A stretch of DNA of 64,000 nucleotides. It comes from Promethearchaeota archaeon. GTDB lineage: Archaea > Asgardarchaeota > Lokiarchaeia > Sigyniarchaeales > SOKP01. The notes beneath the pieces were generated by a model. The model saw nothing but the letters and a program-made list of their open reading frames with translations, was not told where the DNA came from and did not search any database. The position numbers and the translations under genes were made by a program. The DNA lies in NCBI GenBank assembly GCA_019057865.1, contig JAHLWP010000009.1:1-64000 (forward strand), read 5' to 3'. Positions 1 through 10,022 of the stretch are shown piece by piece (the stretch's first letter is position 1; every line of letters begins with the position of its first letter).

Positions 1-2
1 CA

Positions 3-998
3 AAATGGAGAATAGATGCGAGATATGATATTTCTAAAGCAGGGGATGCGAATCTGCACTTTACAAGTCCGAATCCTGATTTACTGAGCGAAGTGGACCC
101 TGAATTAATTTCCCAGTTCCAAACATTCTATTATAAGCAAATGAAACATGTTTATGATCTACTTACGAGTAATGCATTTAACTGGTTAGTAGCTTCAGTC
201 CCAAATGATGATTGGGCGGATAAATTATTCCCGGATATTCCTCAAGATAGGCGAGAGAGCAAACTTTGGGATATAATCTTTGAGATTTGCCGTATAAATC
301 AAGAAGATCCGATTGCTGCTTGGGAAAAACACAATGATAACCTCGTTAAACGCAGTAATTATTTAAATCAAAAGCAGTATACTGCGTTAAAATTGACTGC
401 TCCTGGGACAAATTTAATGATTGGTTTGCCTAAAGACCACTATTGGGAAGGTGGGAGGGGTATTGCTCAGAATGGTATAACTTTTACAGCTAATATACCT
501 ACTGAAGAAGTCTTTACAATGCCACATAAAGATAAAGTTGAGGGGGTTGTTAGTACTACTAAGCCAGTATATTATGGAGGGTGCACAATCGAAAATTGTC
601 GTTTAAAGTTCTCTAAAGGTCGAATAGTTGAAGCTCAAGCAGAAAAGGGGGAAGAATCCATACTTAAAACACTTGAAACAGATGAGGGGGCGCGCCAATT
701 AGGAGAAATAGCCTTAGTACCACATAGTTCGCCGATCTCCCAGTCTGGGGTACTTTTTTACAGTATGTTAATCGATGAGAATGCTTCTAATCATATCGCA
801 CTAGGTCAAGCTTACAGAGATTCATTGAAAAATGGTAAAGCATTAACTGATGAAGAATTCATGGCTGCTGGAGGCAATAATAGCCTTATCCATCTTGATT
901 TTATGATCGGTTCGGGAGAAATGGATGTAGATGGAATTTTGGAAGATGAAACCGCAGAACCAATAATGCGAAATGGAGAATGGGCTTTTGATGTATGA
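3..998 (+). CDS. Aminopeptidase, M29 family (AmpS/aminopeptidase T-like); 5' end lies outside the window
   Basis: Frame is open from position 3 (KWRIDARYD...). Motifs NIPTEEVFT, LGEIAL, DENASNHIALG and HLDFMIG. Confidence 0.9.
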   Translation, partial: KWRIDARYDISKAGDANLHFTSPNPDLLSEVDPELISQFQTFYYKQMKHVYDLLTSNAFNWLVASVPNDDWADKLFPDIPQDRRESKLWDIIFEICRINQEDPIAAWEKHNDNLVKRSNYLNQKQYTALKLTAPGTNLMIGLPKDHYWEGGRGIAQNGITFTANIPTEEVFTMPHKDKVEGVVSTTKPVYYGGCTIENCRLKFSKGRIVEAQAEKGEESILKTLETDEGARQLGEIALVPHSSPISQSGVLFYSMLIDENASNHIALGQAYRDSLKNGKALTDEEFMAAGGNNSLIHLDFMIGSGEMDVDGILEDETAEPIMRNGEWAFDV

Positions 999-1107
999 TT
1001 TGATATTTATTTTTAATTCGATAATCCATTTATTAGATTGCATATTTTTTCCGGGTTTTTTGTAGATCAAACAAATGGTCTGCCAGAATGAAATGTTAAT
1101 TTTACAG
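803..1107. repeat. Junction repeat copy 1: aminopeptidase 3' end plus a fragment of the 3' end of gene 3963-4475
   Basis: Near-identical to 1922-2221 and 3864-4057. Confidence 0.9.
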
Positions 1108-1177
1108 ATGGCATATTATGATAAAGAAAAGGTGTAGCTCATTTTTCTTTGATTTGTGAAGTATCTGAGGGTATAAT

Positions 1178-1609
1178 TCAGGTAATCTTATATGACTCTA
1201 TATTTATTCCAAATTCTTGAAAATGGCGCGTGTTTCTGGTAATGATTTTATCTGCATTCAATAATTTTGCAGTCAAACCAATTATACAATCTGCTATATC
1301 AAGTAAAATTCCTTTCGCTCTTAGACTCCCTTTAAAAGCTCCAGATTCTTGGAGAATTAGAATGTTGATGGGAATTATATGAAAACCAGATAAGACTTTT
1401 TCAATTTGCTCTTTAATTTTATTATGAACGACGTTTCCCTTCTTTTCTTTAGTATATCCTAATCCATCATATAATTCAGCAATAGTAATAGCAGAAATGA
1501 ATAATGATTCTTCTTTATATTGTTTTAATAAGGTTTTTACTTGTGGTTTACCTCGCCATATGTCAATAATTACTGTAGTATCAACTAATATCATGATTAA
1601 TCTTCCCAT
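1178..1609 (-). CDS. vapC: PIN-domain toxin (VapC)
   Basis: ILVDTTVIID, ITIAEL, IADCIIG and TRNTRHF motifs. True start is probably MILVD. Confidence 0.9.
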   Translation of the reverse strand: MGRLIMILVDTTVIIDIWRGKPQVKTLLKQYKEESLFISAITIAELYDGLGYTKEKKGNVVHNKIKEQIEKVLSGFHIIPINILILQESGAFKGSLRAKGILLDIADCIIGLTAKLLNADKIITRNTRHFQEFGINIESYKIT

Positions 1610-1851
1610 AATTCAGTAAATTTTGAAGTGGATTGAAGTGCATCGTTCTTTTTTCCCTCAATGATAGCTTTTTCAAATTCACTTAAGATTTCTTCCGAAA
1701 GATTTTTGGCAATACCAAAATGTTTCAGAGGATCTTTCTGTTGATTTAATATCAACCTTTCTATTAATTCAGAGAAACTCTCGTTCAGACCTTTTAATTT
1801 CTTCAGACTTTTGTATACATCATCCCGAATTGAAATCATTTTTGAAGTCAT
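1597..1851 (-). CDS. vapB: Archaeal VapB-type antitoxin (DUF217-like)
   Basis: MTSKMISIRDDVYKSLKKLK...ESFSELIERL; abuts the PIN gene. Start re-assigned from 1944 to 1851. Confidence 0.8.
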   Translation of the reverse strand: MTSKMISIRDDVYKSLKKLKGLNESFSELIERLILNQQKDPLKHFGIAKNLSEEILSEFEKAIIEGKKNDALQSTSKFTELWED

Positions 1852-1869
1852 ATCATCAACCATAGAATA

Positions 1870-1893
1870 ATAAATATTTATATAAATATTTAT
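1870..1893. promoter_or_regulatory. Two tandem 12-bp palindromes ATAAATATTTAT, candidate TA operator
   Basis: Immediately upstream of vapB. AT-rich, so chance occurrence is not excluded. Confidence 0.4.
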
Positions 1894-1921
1894 ATCAATA
1901 GACTTATAAAATTTTTTGTTA

Positions 1922-2221
1922 AGGTCAAGCTTACAGAGATACATTGAAAAATGGTGAAGCTTTAACTGATGAAGAATTCATGCTGCTGGAGGCAATATCA
2001 GCCTTATCCATCTTGATTTTATGATTGGTTCGGGAGAAATGGATGTAGATGGAATCTTGGAAGATGATACCACAGAACCAATAATTCAAAATGGAGAATG
2101 GGCTTTTGATGTATGATTTGATCTTTATCTTTAATTCGATAATCCAATAATTAGATTGCATATTTTTTCCGGATTTTTTGTAGAGAAAACAAATGGTCTG
2201 CCAGAATGAAATGTTAATTTT
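1922..2221. repeat. Junction repeat copy 2 (degenerate, with indels)
   Basis: About 300-bp direct repeat of 803-1103. Confidence 0.9.
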
Positions 2222-2501
2222 TCATTTAATAAATATAAAAATTAGTGAAAATAAAATGAACATTAAATTTTTAATTGTTTATTAAAATTAAATTTATATG
2301 AATAAAGGAAATGAAGATTTCCAAATCTAAGAAAAGCAATCCTCAAGTGAATTAATAATTTATAAATTTTTTTTTTATAATCCCTTATTGAAATTTTCGA
2401 TTCTCACTGTTTCTACTTAGAATATAGTATGGACATTTAATAGATGTAATAAGGTTGGAATAATTGTATAAATTAAAATTAAAATTAAAGATGATGTAAA
2501 G

Positions 2502-3041
2502 ATGAGTTTAGTATGTAGCAATTGTGGAATAAAAATAGAGACTGTACCTCTACAATGCGGACAAAGTGTTACTATTAACAATGAAACCAACAAATGGGAA
2601 TGTGACATGGGAAGATGTGGAGTAATTTCGTTTGATAATTTTCTCTGTGAAAATTGTTGTATCAACAGTAGTATAATGGAAATCTTTCATGGATTTGAGC
2701 GCTTATCGGAAGAAAATCTAGAATTTCGTCAAGAATTAGATAATTTAAAAACGATTATTGTTCAGACTAAATTAGAAAATCCGGATTTTGCCTATTGGGT
2801 AGAATTTGGGAACGGCAAATTTAAATTTGGAAAAGGTGAAATAAGCGGTGCAACTATTGATATTATTTGCTCTCAAAAAGTCATGAGTGATATCCTTGCT
2901 GGAAAAAAAGTTAGTTTTCGTGAATTTTTCAAGGGTACTCTTAAAATGGAAGGAGATCTTCAATATGCTGTTGTATACTTTGATTTACTTGGGTTAGCTT
3001 CAGAAATTAATAGAGAAATTGAGGTGTTGAATAATGAATAA
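2502..3041 (+). CDS. Cys-rich N-terminus fused to an SCP2 sterol/lipid-binding domain
   Basis: CSNC...C...CDMGRC...CENCC, then SCP2-like FFKGTLKMEGDL. Confidence 0.75.
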   Translation: MSLVCSNCGIKIETVPLQCGQSVTINNETNKWECDMGRCGVISFDNFLCENCCINSSIMEIFHGFERLSEENLEFRQELDNLKTIIVQTKLENPDFAYWVEFGNGKFKFGKGEISGATIDIICSQKVMSDILAGKKVSFREFFKGTLKMEGDLQYAVVYFDLLGLASEINREIEVLNNE

Positions 3042-3786
3042 AACTTTTGTTTGGGGCCATAGGGGCTCTGGATTCATAGATATCCAAAATACTGTTGATT
3101 CATTTCACAAATCAATTGAAGTGGGAGTTGATGGCATTAAAACTGAGGCAAAATTATCTAAAGATGGCGAAATATTTTTGTGTTTTCAGCAAAGTCTAAA
3201 AAAAAATGGAGAGTATGTACCAATTAAGGATTTAGATAGTAATGAGATTAGACCCTTAAGATTAGATAATAATGAATCAATTCTAACTCTACCTGAATTT
3301 TTCAGTGAATTTCATAATTATAATATCCGCTATAATTTTGATATACGAGACCCTGAGGTTGGTATAAGAATAGTTGAAATTGCGAGAAAATTTAATTTAA
3401 TTGATAAAATTGAGATAGCGAAAACATCAATGGATTCTTTTCCACTACCTAATATCTTTTCTAAAATTAGAGAATTCGATAAAAACGTAACATTGATTAA
3501 TACTATTTTTCTAAAGCATTCTATCATTGAGAAAAAGCATCTCGAAATAGAAAGTATGAAAAAACTAAATATCCAAGGGATTAATGTGAACTATAATTTT
3601 GCTAATTTTGAATTATTTAAATTGGTAAAAGAAAATGGATTTAGATTTTATGTTTGGGGCTTACTCTTTAATAGATCAATGCAAAAATTCCTAAAGATGA
3701 ATTATAAAGGACAATCGGTAGATGCTATGATGTCAAATTTTCCTCACAGATTAGTCAAACTAAGAAACGAAATTCAAAACTACTGA
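3034..3786 (+). CDS. Glycerophosphodiester phosphodiesterase-like protein, atypical active site
   Basis: WGHRG, QNT, SKDG and MSNFP motifs; paralog of 54488-55237. Confidence 0.8.
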   Translation: MNKTFVWGHRGSGFIDIQNTVDSFHKSIEVGVDGIKTEAKLSKDGEIFLCFQQSLKKNGEYVPIKDLDSNEIRPLRLDNNESILTLPEFFSEFHNYNIRYNFDIRDPEVGIRIVEIARKFNLIDKIEIAKTSMDSFPLPNIFSKIREFDKNVTLINTIFLKHSIIEKKHLEIESMKKLNIQGINVNYNFANFELFKLVKENGFRFYVWGLLFNRSMQKFLKMNYKGQSVDAMMSNFPHRLVKLRNEIQNY

Positions 3787-3863
3787 GAAATTCTCTAACT
3801 AAAAAAATTTTTATTTATTTCCTATTTTTATTTATAAAATAATTTCTTGATAGGGATACCATG

Positions 3864-4057
3864 GGGAGAAATGGATGTAGATGGAATATTGGATGAGAAA
3901 AAAACAGAACCAATAATGCGAAATGGAGAATGGGCTTTTGATGTATGATTTGATATTTATTTTTAATTCGATAATCCATTTATTAGATTGCATATTTGTT
4001 CCGAATTTTTTGTAGAGAAAACAAATGGTCTGCCAGATTGAAAGGTTAATTTTACAG
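3864..4057. repeat. Junction repeat copy 3: aminopeptidase tail fragment running into the intact gene 3963-4475
   Basis: GGGAGAAATGGATGTAGATGG...GATGTATGA matches 914-998. Confidence 0.9.
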
Positions 4058-4475
4058 CCTCTCCGAAATCTGTGTTATAGGCCCATGAACCATCTACTCC
4101 AAATCGAATTCCTACTCCACCGTAAGTTCTAAAATTTGCTTTAGTTTTATCACAACTGGTTATTTTTTTTATGGGAATTCTTTTATGGTTAAAAATACCA
4201 TATGCTACTTCGATTTGATTACTGGTTAAGGTAATTTTTAACCCTCGGTAATTCCAATACATAAGAAAAATAAGCAAACTCACAGCACCGCATATAATCC
4301 CTATAAATGCCAATTCTATGGGTAAGAAAGCAGTAACTATAATCCCGAGAGAAGCAATTAATATACATGCAAATAACACTACAACTTTTATAAATCTTCC
4401 AGCTGGAACCCATTCTGTATATAATATTCCATTATTTTTTTGTGTATTATTTTCCTTAATTATCTCTATCACCAA
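3963..4475 (-). CDS. Two-TM membrane protein with bacterial PH-like C-terminal domain
   Basis: Two hydrophobic helices; YGGVGIR and FVFSTKN motifs. Confidence 0.65.
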   Translation of the reverse strand: MVIEIIKENNTQKNNGILYTEWVPAGRFIKVVVLFACILIASLGIIVTAFLPIELAFIGIICGAVSLLIFLMYWNYRGLKITLTSNQIEVAYGIFNHKRIPIKKITSCDKTKANFRTYGGVGIRFGVDGSWAYNTDFGEAVKLTFQSGRPFVFSTKNSEQICNLINGLSN

Positions 4476-4608
4476 ATTAATTTTGCGTTTTCAATTATTA
4501 TTCAATATAGTCATTTTCACCATTTTTAACTAGCTTTCACATTAAAAAATGTGAATAATCTTTTTTTTTTGCTCATTCTGTTCCCTCCTTCCTCTCTATA
4601 AAATTATC

Positions 4609-4896
4609 TCATAAGATTTTTTCAAAGTCATCCATAGTTAAATTAGAGGGAATACCAAGTTGAGACATCTTTAGAATGAGATCGTGCAAAGAAATTCTTG
4701 CAATTTCTGCCGCACGTTCAATGGAGATTTCCTTTATCATATATTTTTGGAGAGCAAAATTTAAACGCTCTTGCTGTAATCCTTCAATTAAGATTTTCTT
4801 TACTAATGCTGAGCGATCTAAATTTTCTTGTTCAGCAAGCTCCTCAAATTCCTTGATTAAATCTTCATCTAATCTCAAATTCATTTGTTTGGTCAT
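4609..4896 (-). CDS. RHH/UPF0175-family antitoxin
   Basis: QMNLRL...DRSALVK and ISIERAAEIA; overlaps the PIN gene stop. Confidence 0.8.
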   Translation of the reverse strand: MTKQMNLRLDEDLIKEFEELAEQENLDRSALVKKILIEGLQQERLNFALQKYMIKEISIERAAEIARISLHDLILKMSQLGIPSNLTMDDFEKIL

Positions 4897-5420
4897 TTAA
4901 TTTCCTCCGTTGAGTTATTTATATTATTTTTAATAATTTCTTTTGCTTTTTTATAGAAGAATTTTACAACTTCTGGTTTTAATGCTTTAATAAGAGCAAG
5001 CTCCTCGAATGATTTTGTAAAGTTCTCATAATCAATAACAGATTTTTTAAGAAGATCTAATAAAATTACTTCAGAAGTTTTAGGTTTTAAACCTATACTT
5101 AAAGCTAGATTTAAAGCTTTATGATCATCAGTTACAGGAACACCATCATCTTTTAGGCATATTTCTATGGTATCTTTTTCGCCTTTTCCTAAATTTTTAG
5201 TTGTAAAAAAATTCTTTAATTTATAACTACTTTCCCTGATTTTCTTTTTTTCAATATTTCTATTCAATATCTTAGCATCTTCAAATTGGTCAATTTCTTC
5301 TACTAATTCATTTTTTATAGTTTGACTAACAATAACTTCTCCTAATTTAGTAAGTTTTTCCTTTAAGTTAATTTTAGTCAAATATATTAGTGAACAAGCA
5401 TCAAAAACAAATTTTGTCAT
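4893..5420 (-). CDS. PIN-domain protein (DUF3368-like)
   Basis: VFDACSLI, LGKGEKDTI and TDDHKA motifs. Confidence 0.8.
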   Translation of the reverse strand: MTKFVFDACSLIYLTKINLKEKLTKLGEVIVSQTIKNELVEEIDQFEDAKILNRNIEKKKIRESSYKLKNFFTTKNLGKGEKDTIEICLKDDGVPVTDDHKALNLALSIGLKPKTSEVILLDLLKKSVIDYENFTKSFEELALIKALKPEVVKFFYKKAKEIIKNNINNSTEEIK

Positions 5421-5633
5421 TAATTTAAATGTAGCATCGCTAGCATTTATATCTTTTTGTTATCATTTCATAGTATTCCTTTTCTTTTTTCTGATTGAAA
5501 GATCGTCAAGAACTCTTGGAAAAAATGTAACTAATAATAATATAACTGTTGAAATTAGCGGAAAGAAAGTAAGAATTATCTTATCGAACTAACTGGTAAA
5601 TTTTTTTTACTGTATACTGTATAAAAAGAAACA

Positions 5634-6230
5634 TTAAAATTTTATCTTTTTTAACCTCTTTAATGTAGTATTTAGCCCTAATTCTTTAATTTTTCTTTCT
5701 AAAAAAGTTAAATCTATTTTTTCTTTATTTACATGAAATAATGTTAAGAAATCAATAGCATCTTGATATTCAAGTAATTCAGAATCTGGGACATCTTCTA
5801 TATTTCCTAAATATAAGATTTTACCTATCAAGACGTATTCTAAAGGTGCAATTAATAGATCTTTACTAAGAATTTTTACGTGCACTGCGTTAGTTAAAAC
5901 CTCAATTTCTCTCTGTTCTTCGGCAAATTTAATATCTAATCTTAAATAGCTTTTTTTGTCAAATACACTAATATGTGTTTTTTCTCGGTATCCTTTATAA
6001 AATTGGTCTTTCATTACATCAAATTCAAATGCTTTTAATAAATCAATTAGCTGCGGGATTTTAGAGGCATCATTCTCAATAATTAGATCAATATCTTGGG
6101 TAGTTCTAACATGACCATAATGGATTAAAGCAATTCCACCAACAATAACATATTTGATACGAATTTTTTCAAATATTTTTTCTAATCGAGATAAAATATC
6201 ATCTAATTCTGCTATGAAAATACACTCCAC
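5634..6230 (-). CDS. Nucleotidyltransferase (AbiEii/DUF6036-like)
   Basis: YVIVGGIA...RTTQDIDL motif. Confidence 0.75.
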   Translation of the reverse strand: MECIFIAELDDILSRLEKIFEKIRIKYVIVGGIALIHYGHVRTTQDIDLIIENDASKIPQLIDLLKAFEFDVMKDQFYKGYREKTHISVFDKKSYLRLDIKFAEEQREIEVLTNAVHVKILSKDLLIAPLEYVLIGKILYLGNIEDVPDSELLEYQDAIDFLTLFHVNKEKIDLTFLERKIKELGLNTTLKRLKKIKF

Positions 6231-6508
6231 TTTTTGGCTTTTTTTAGCTTAGTAGATATTATTAAACTTGCTTTGACTTTATCCTTTACTTCTTCTATAT
6301 TCATAAGTGGAAATCTATTAAGGATTCCATCCTCTAGTAAATTAAAAGTATTATGAATAAATAAATCCGCGATTTCAAGCGGCTCTTTTTTCGTATTTAA
6401 CAATCTAAGCGCGGCTTCAATATTTTTCCGTAATTTTTCTTTTCTTATTAATAAAAGACTTTTTTGAGATATAGATGTTAATTTGCTTTTGATTGTCTTC
6501 GAGTCCAT
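6212..6508 (-). CDS. Hypothetical partner of the nucleotidyltransferase (putative antitoxin)
   Basis: 98 aa; overlaps the downstream gene; AGGTGA..AGATAAT precedes the start on the minus strand only weakly, so the call rests on position. Confidence 0.55.
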   Translation of the reverse strand: MDSKTIKSKLTSISQKSLLLIRKEKLRKNIEAALRLLNTKKEPLEIADLFIHNTFNLLEDGILNRFPLMNIEEVKDKVKASLIISTKLKKAKKWSVFS

Positions 6509-6868
6509 TGTATTATCTACTTAGGTGAAAATTTAATTAATATCTAATTATTATTATAATTCTTATTCTAAATATTTGATTGGTCACAGATAATTTTCAA
6601 GTAATTAATTTCAAATAATAATCTCTATATGGCCTTCATGATGAATGATGGTATTACTGTGGTCTTTATATTGCTTTAAATTTTTTGATTTTCAAATAAT
6701 GATTTTCGTGATTGGGATGAAATTCGCAGTTTCGCGGAAAGATTTGCTGAAAAACTCTAATATTATGGGTAATGGATAAAATGACGATAGATAAAGATAA
6801 GTTAAAACTAAATAATAATAGGTTAAATTCAATAATACTTTAAATTAGATTTTAGTCTAAAAGTCATT

Positions 6869-6978
6869 TTAAAATTGATAATTCATGTATTAGATTGCAT
6901 ATTTTTTGTGGATTTCTTGTAGAGAAAACAAATGGTCTGCCATGTTGAAAGGTTAACTTTACAGCCTCTCCGAAATCT
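6869..6978. repeat. Junction repeat copy 4: 3' fragment of gene 3963-4475
   Basis: TATTAGATTGCAT...GTAGAGAAAACAAATGGTCTGCC...ACAGCCTCTCCGAAATCT matches 3963-4071. Confidence 0.85.
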
Positions 6979-7243
6979 AGTATCACATCCTAACACAACA
7001 GAGCATCATATAAGATGGATTGATGTTTACTTCTTACCTGAAGGAGAAAAATTTCCTTATCAGATTGGTAAATCAGAATTCTCCGCTCATGGAGCATCTT
7101 TTGATGGAGCAAATTCAAGTACTATTTATTCAGATCCAATAACCAGCCTTACATTCAAAACAGAAAAATCTGGAACAATTATTGCATTTTCTTTCTGTAA
7201 TATTCATGGATTATGGCAAAATACATTAGAACTTAAATTTTAA
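6979..7243 (+). pseudogene. 5'-truncated superoxide reductase (neelaredoxin/class II SORL)
   Basis: HPNTTEHHIRWI and CNIHGLW present; the N-terminal EKH ligand motif is replaced by repeat copy 4. Confidence 0.8.
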
Positions 7244-7469
7244 CATGTTTAAATAATATTTGATTTTAATTTTTTTTATTTAAAACTAACTTTAAAAGAC
7301 TTTAGAATATTTCAATGTAAAATATTATAAAATTTATACTTTAAAGACACAATCCCAATAATGCTTTCTTTTTATTTGTAAGAAATCAGGTTTTCTTAGT
7401 CTTAATCACGGAAATAATTATTATGATAAATTTTCATATTGTAATAATAGAAATTAAATAGTTTTTGAG

Positions 7470-7826
7470 GTGAAATTTTTGTCTAAAACAAAAGAAACTG
7501 AAACAGAGATTGAAGAAAAAAAAGATAAATCGTCAAAATTAAGAGCATTTCCGCAGATTTGCGCTTTCACCAATAAAGAAGGTACTGGTTATGACATAGA
7601 AATTTATTTACCTGGAGTTGAAAAAGATACTATTGAATTGAAAATGAATAAAGACTATATCACTGTAAATGGTGAAACAGAGAGTGTTAGGTATACTGGA
7701 TCTTATAAATTATGCTGCCCAGTTGAACCTGATAAAGCAAAATCAACTTATAAAGAAGGCTTACTGAAAATCAATGTACCTTTTAAAGAGGTCGAATTGC
7801 ACACTGTTAATGTCCAAATTGAGTAA
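7470..7826 (+). CDS. Hsp20/alpha-crystallin small heat-shock protein
   Basis: LPGVEKDTI and YKEGLLKINVP motifs. Confidence 0.85.
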   Translation: MKFLSKTKETETEIEEKKDKSSKLRAFPQICAFTNKEGTGYDIEIYLPGVEKDTIELKMNKDYITVNGETESVRYTGSYKLCCPVEPDKAKSTYKEGLLKINVPFKEVELHTVNVQIE

Positions 7827-7913
7827 ATCTTTTCTTTTTTTTCTTTATTTTTTTAGTAAATGTTAATCTACTCTTTATTAATTTAAAAATATATTGTTAA
7901 TTGAGGTGTAAAT

Positions 7914-8066
7914 ATTATAAAAGAATTTCAAGATTGTATTGAAAATATTCAGAACAATAAAATAATTCCTCATATGACGCAAAATAAATTAAAAGACATT
8001 GAATTCGATGAGGAACTTTTTATTCAAGATGTATGTAAAAGTTTAAGAAAAAAATCTACTTCTTAA
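7914..8066 (+). CDS. Possible 50-aa small protein with ATT start
   Basis: GAGGTG at 7903-7908, then an open frame IIKEFQDC...KSTS*. Confidence 0.25.
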   Translation: MIKEFQDCIENIQNNKIIPHMTQNKLKDIEFDEELFIQDVCKSLRKKSTS

Positions 8067-8454
8067 ACAATGTCTTTTTAATATTTATTTGAAAAAATAA
8101 GTAACTTCGAAAAACACAATATAGTATTTTTATTGACCTTTCATGATATCCTCATATATTATATTAAAGCCCCTACAAGTAGACTTCCTTAGTATTAAGA
8201 TAGAATTTTCTATCTAATTTTTACATTTTCATCAAATTCTCTCCAAGAATTAGCAGCATTTAAGTCTAAAGGCTCTAGTTTTTGTAAATAGAATTTTTGT
8301 TAAGATAATTTATTTTATTAAAAATTAAATAAAGTTCTTAATAGAATTTATATAACCAAGGATTCTAGAATTTATAAAAGAAATCCTAAAATATATAAGA
8401 ATATAAAATGATATTTAGGAAATTAATATTAATTAAATTCAATATTAGATCAAA

Positions 8455-9963
8455 ATGATAAATAATTTAGATTTTTCAATAATGAAAGATGGCAAGGATT
8501 ATAAATATTATTCAAATGGTAAATGGAGGAAATCAACTTCAGGAGATTTAATACAAGTCTATAATCCATATAATAATGAATTGATAGCAAATGTTCAAGC
8601 TTGTACAATGGAGGAAGCAGATAAGATTATCAAAGTAGCTCATGAAAATATTGATTGTTGGGAAGAATTTCCATTAAATAAACGGGCTGAAATTTTAAAT
8701 GAATCGGCAAATCTAATGATTAAATCGTCAGAGAAATTAGGACATTTATTAATGAGAGAAATAGGTAAACCACTTAATAGTGCAATTTCGGAAATTATTA
8801 GAACCGCAGAAATATTTAAAGCAACAGCAGAATCAAGTTTGCAAATTTCGGGTGAAACAATTATAGGTGATGCTTTTGAAGGTTATTCTAAAGAAAAGTT
8901 GTCAATAACTTATAGGGTACCTTTAGGAGTAGTTTTATGTATAGGCCCATTCAATTATCCATTTAATTTGACTGGATCGAAAATTGCCCCTGCTCTTATG
9001 GCCGGAAATTCTGTAGTCATGAAGCCTCCAAGTCAAGGTCCTTTAACTGCTCTTCATTTTGGAATAATTTTAGAAAAAGCTGGAGTACCACCTGGAGTAT
9101 TCAACATTATAACGGGGCGTGGCTCTGAAATTGGAGATTATTTAGTAAGTCATCCATTAATTGACATGATAAATTTTACAGGATCTTCAGAAACAGGAAA
9201 ATTTCTAGCAAAAATTGCTGGTATGAAGCCTCTATTACTTGAATTAGGAGGTAAAGATGCTGCAATTATCTTAGATGATGCAGATTTGGATATTACTGTA
9301 AAAGCAATCGTTTCAGGAGCTTTCTCTTTTAGCGGTCAACGTTGTACAGCCGTCAAGAGGGTTTTACCCATGCCGGGAATCGCAGATAAATTGATCGAAA
9401 AGGTAACAAAAGAAACCTTAAAATTAACAATTGGAGACCCTGCAAAAAACAATATTATTGGACCATTAATTAGTTCAAAACAATGTGATTATGTTCAAGG
9501 TTTAATAGATGATGCTCTTGAGAAGGGAGCAGTATTAAAGTGTGGAAATAAACGTGAAGGTAATATTATATGGCCAACAATCTTAGATAATGTTAATGTA
9601 GATATGAGAATTGCCTGGGAAGAACCCTTTGGTCCTGTTCTTCCGTTTATAAGAATAAATAGTGCAGAACAAGCAATTAAAATTTCAAATAAATCTGAAT
9701 ATGGTCTTCAGGGGATGATCTTTACAGAAAATATTGATTTAGCTTTCAATATCGCACAAGAATTAGAAGTAGGAACAATTCAGGTTAATGGGAAAAGTTC
9801 TCGAGGACCCGATCACTTTCCTTTCCTAGGAACAAAATCTTCAGGATTAGGAACTCAAGGGATAAAGTATGCTCTTGAATCCATGAGTAGACCTAAAGTA
9901 GTTGTTATGAATTTATCCGAAAAAGGAAAGCTTATAAAAGAATGCTTTGTACCTGAAAAGTAA
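8455..9963 (+). CDS. gapN: Non-phosphorylating NADP-dependent glyceraldehyde-3-phosphate dehydrogenase (ALDH family)
   Basis: PFNYP, FTGS, LELGGKD, SGQRCTAVKR, EEPFGP and the GapN-type RGPDHFPFLG motif. Confidence 0.85.
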   Translation: MINNLDFSIMKDGKDYKYYSNGKWRKSTSGDLIQVYNPYNNELIANVQACTMEEADKIIKVAHENIDCWEEFPLNKRAEILNESANLMIKSSEKLGHLLMREIGKPLNSAISEIIRTAEIFKATAESSLQISGETIIGDAFEGYSKEKLSITYRVPLGVVLCIGPFNYPFNLTGSKIAPALMAGNSVVMKPPSQGPLTALHFGIILEKAGVPPGVFNIITGRGSEIGDYLVSHPLIDMINFTGSSETGKFLAKIAGMKPLLLELGGKDAAIILDDADLDITVKAIVSGAFSFSGQRCTAVKRVLPMPGIADKLIEKVTKETLKLTIGDPAKNNIIGPLISSKQCDYVQGLIDDALEKGAVLKCGNKREGNIIWPTILDNVNVDMRIAWEEPFGPVLPFIRINSAEQAIKISNKSEYGLQGMIFTENIDLAFNIAQELEVGTIQVNGKSSRGPDHFPFLGTKSSGLGTQGIKYALESMSRPKVVVMNLSEKGKLIKECFVPEK

Positions 9964-10022
9964 TTTAGTCTCTCTAATCTCCAATTATTCATTTCATAAA
10001 GTTAATAAAAACATGTAAATAA

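Noticed and set aside
843-2161. ORFs 843-1070 and 1931-2161 as a small gene family
   Set aside because: They are antisense readings of the junction repeat.
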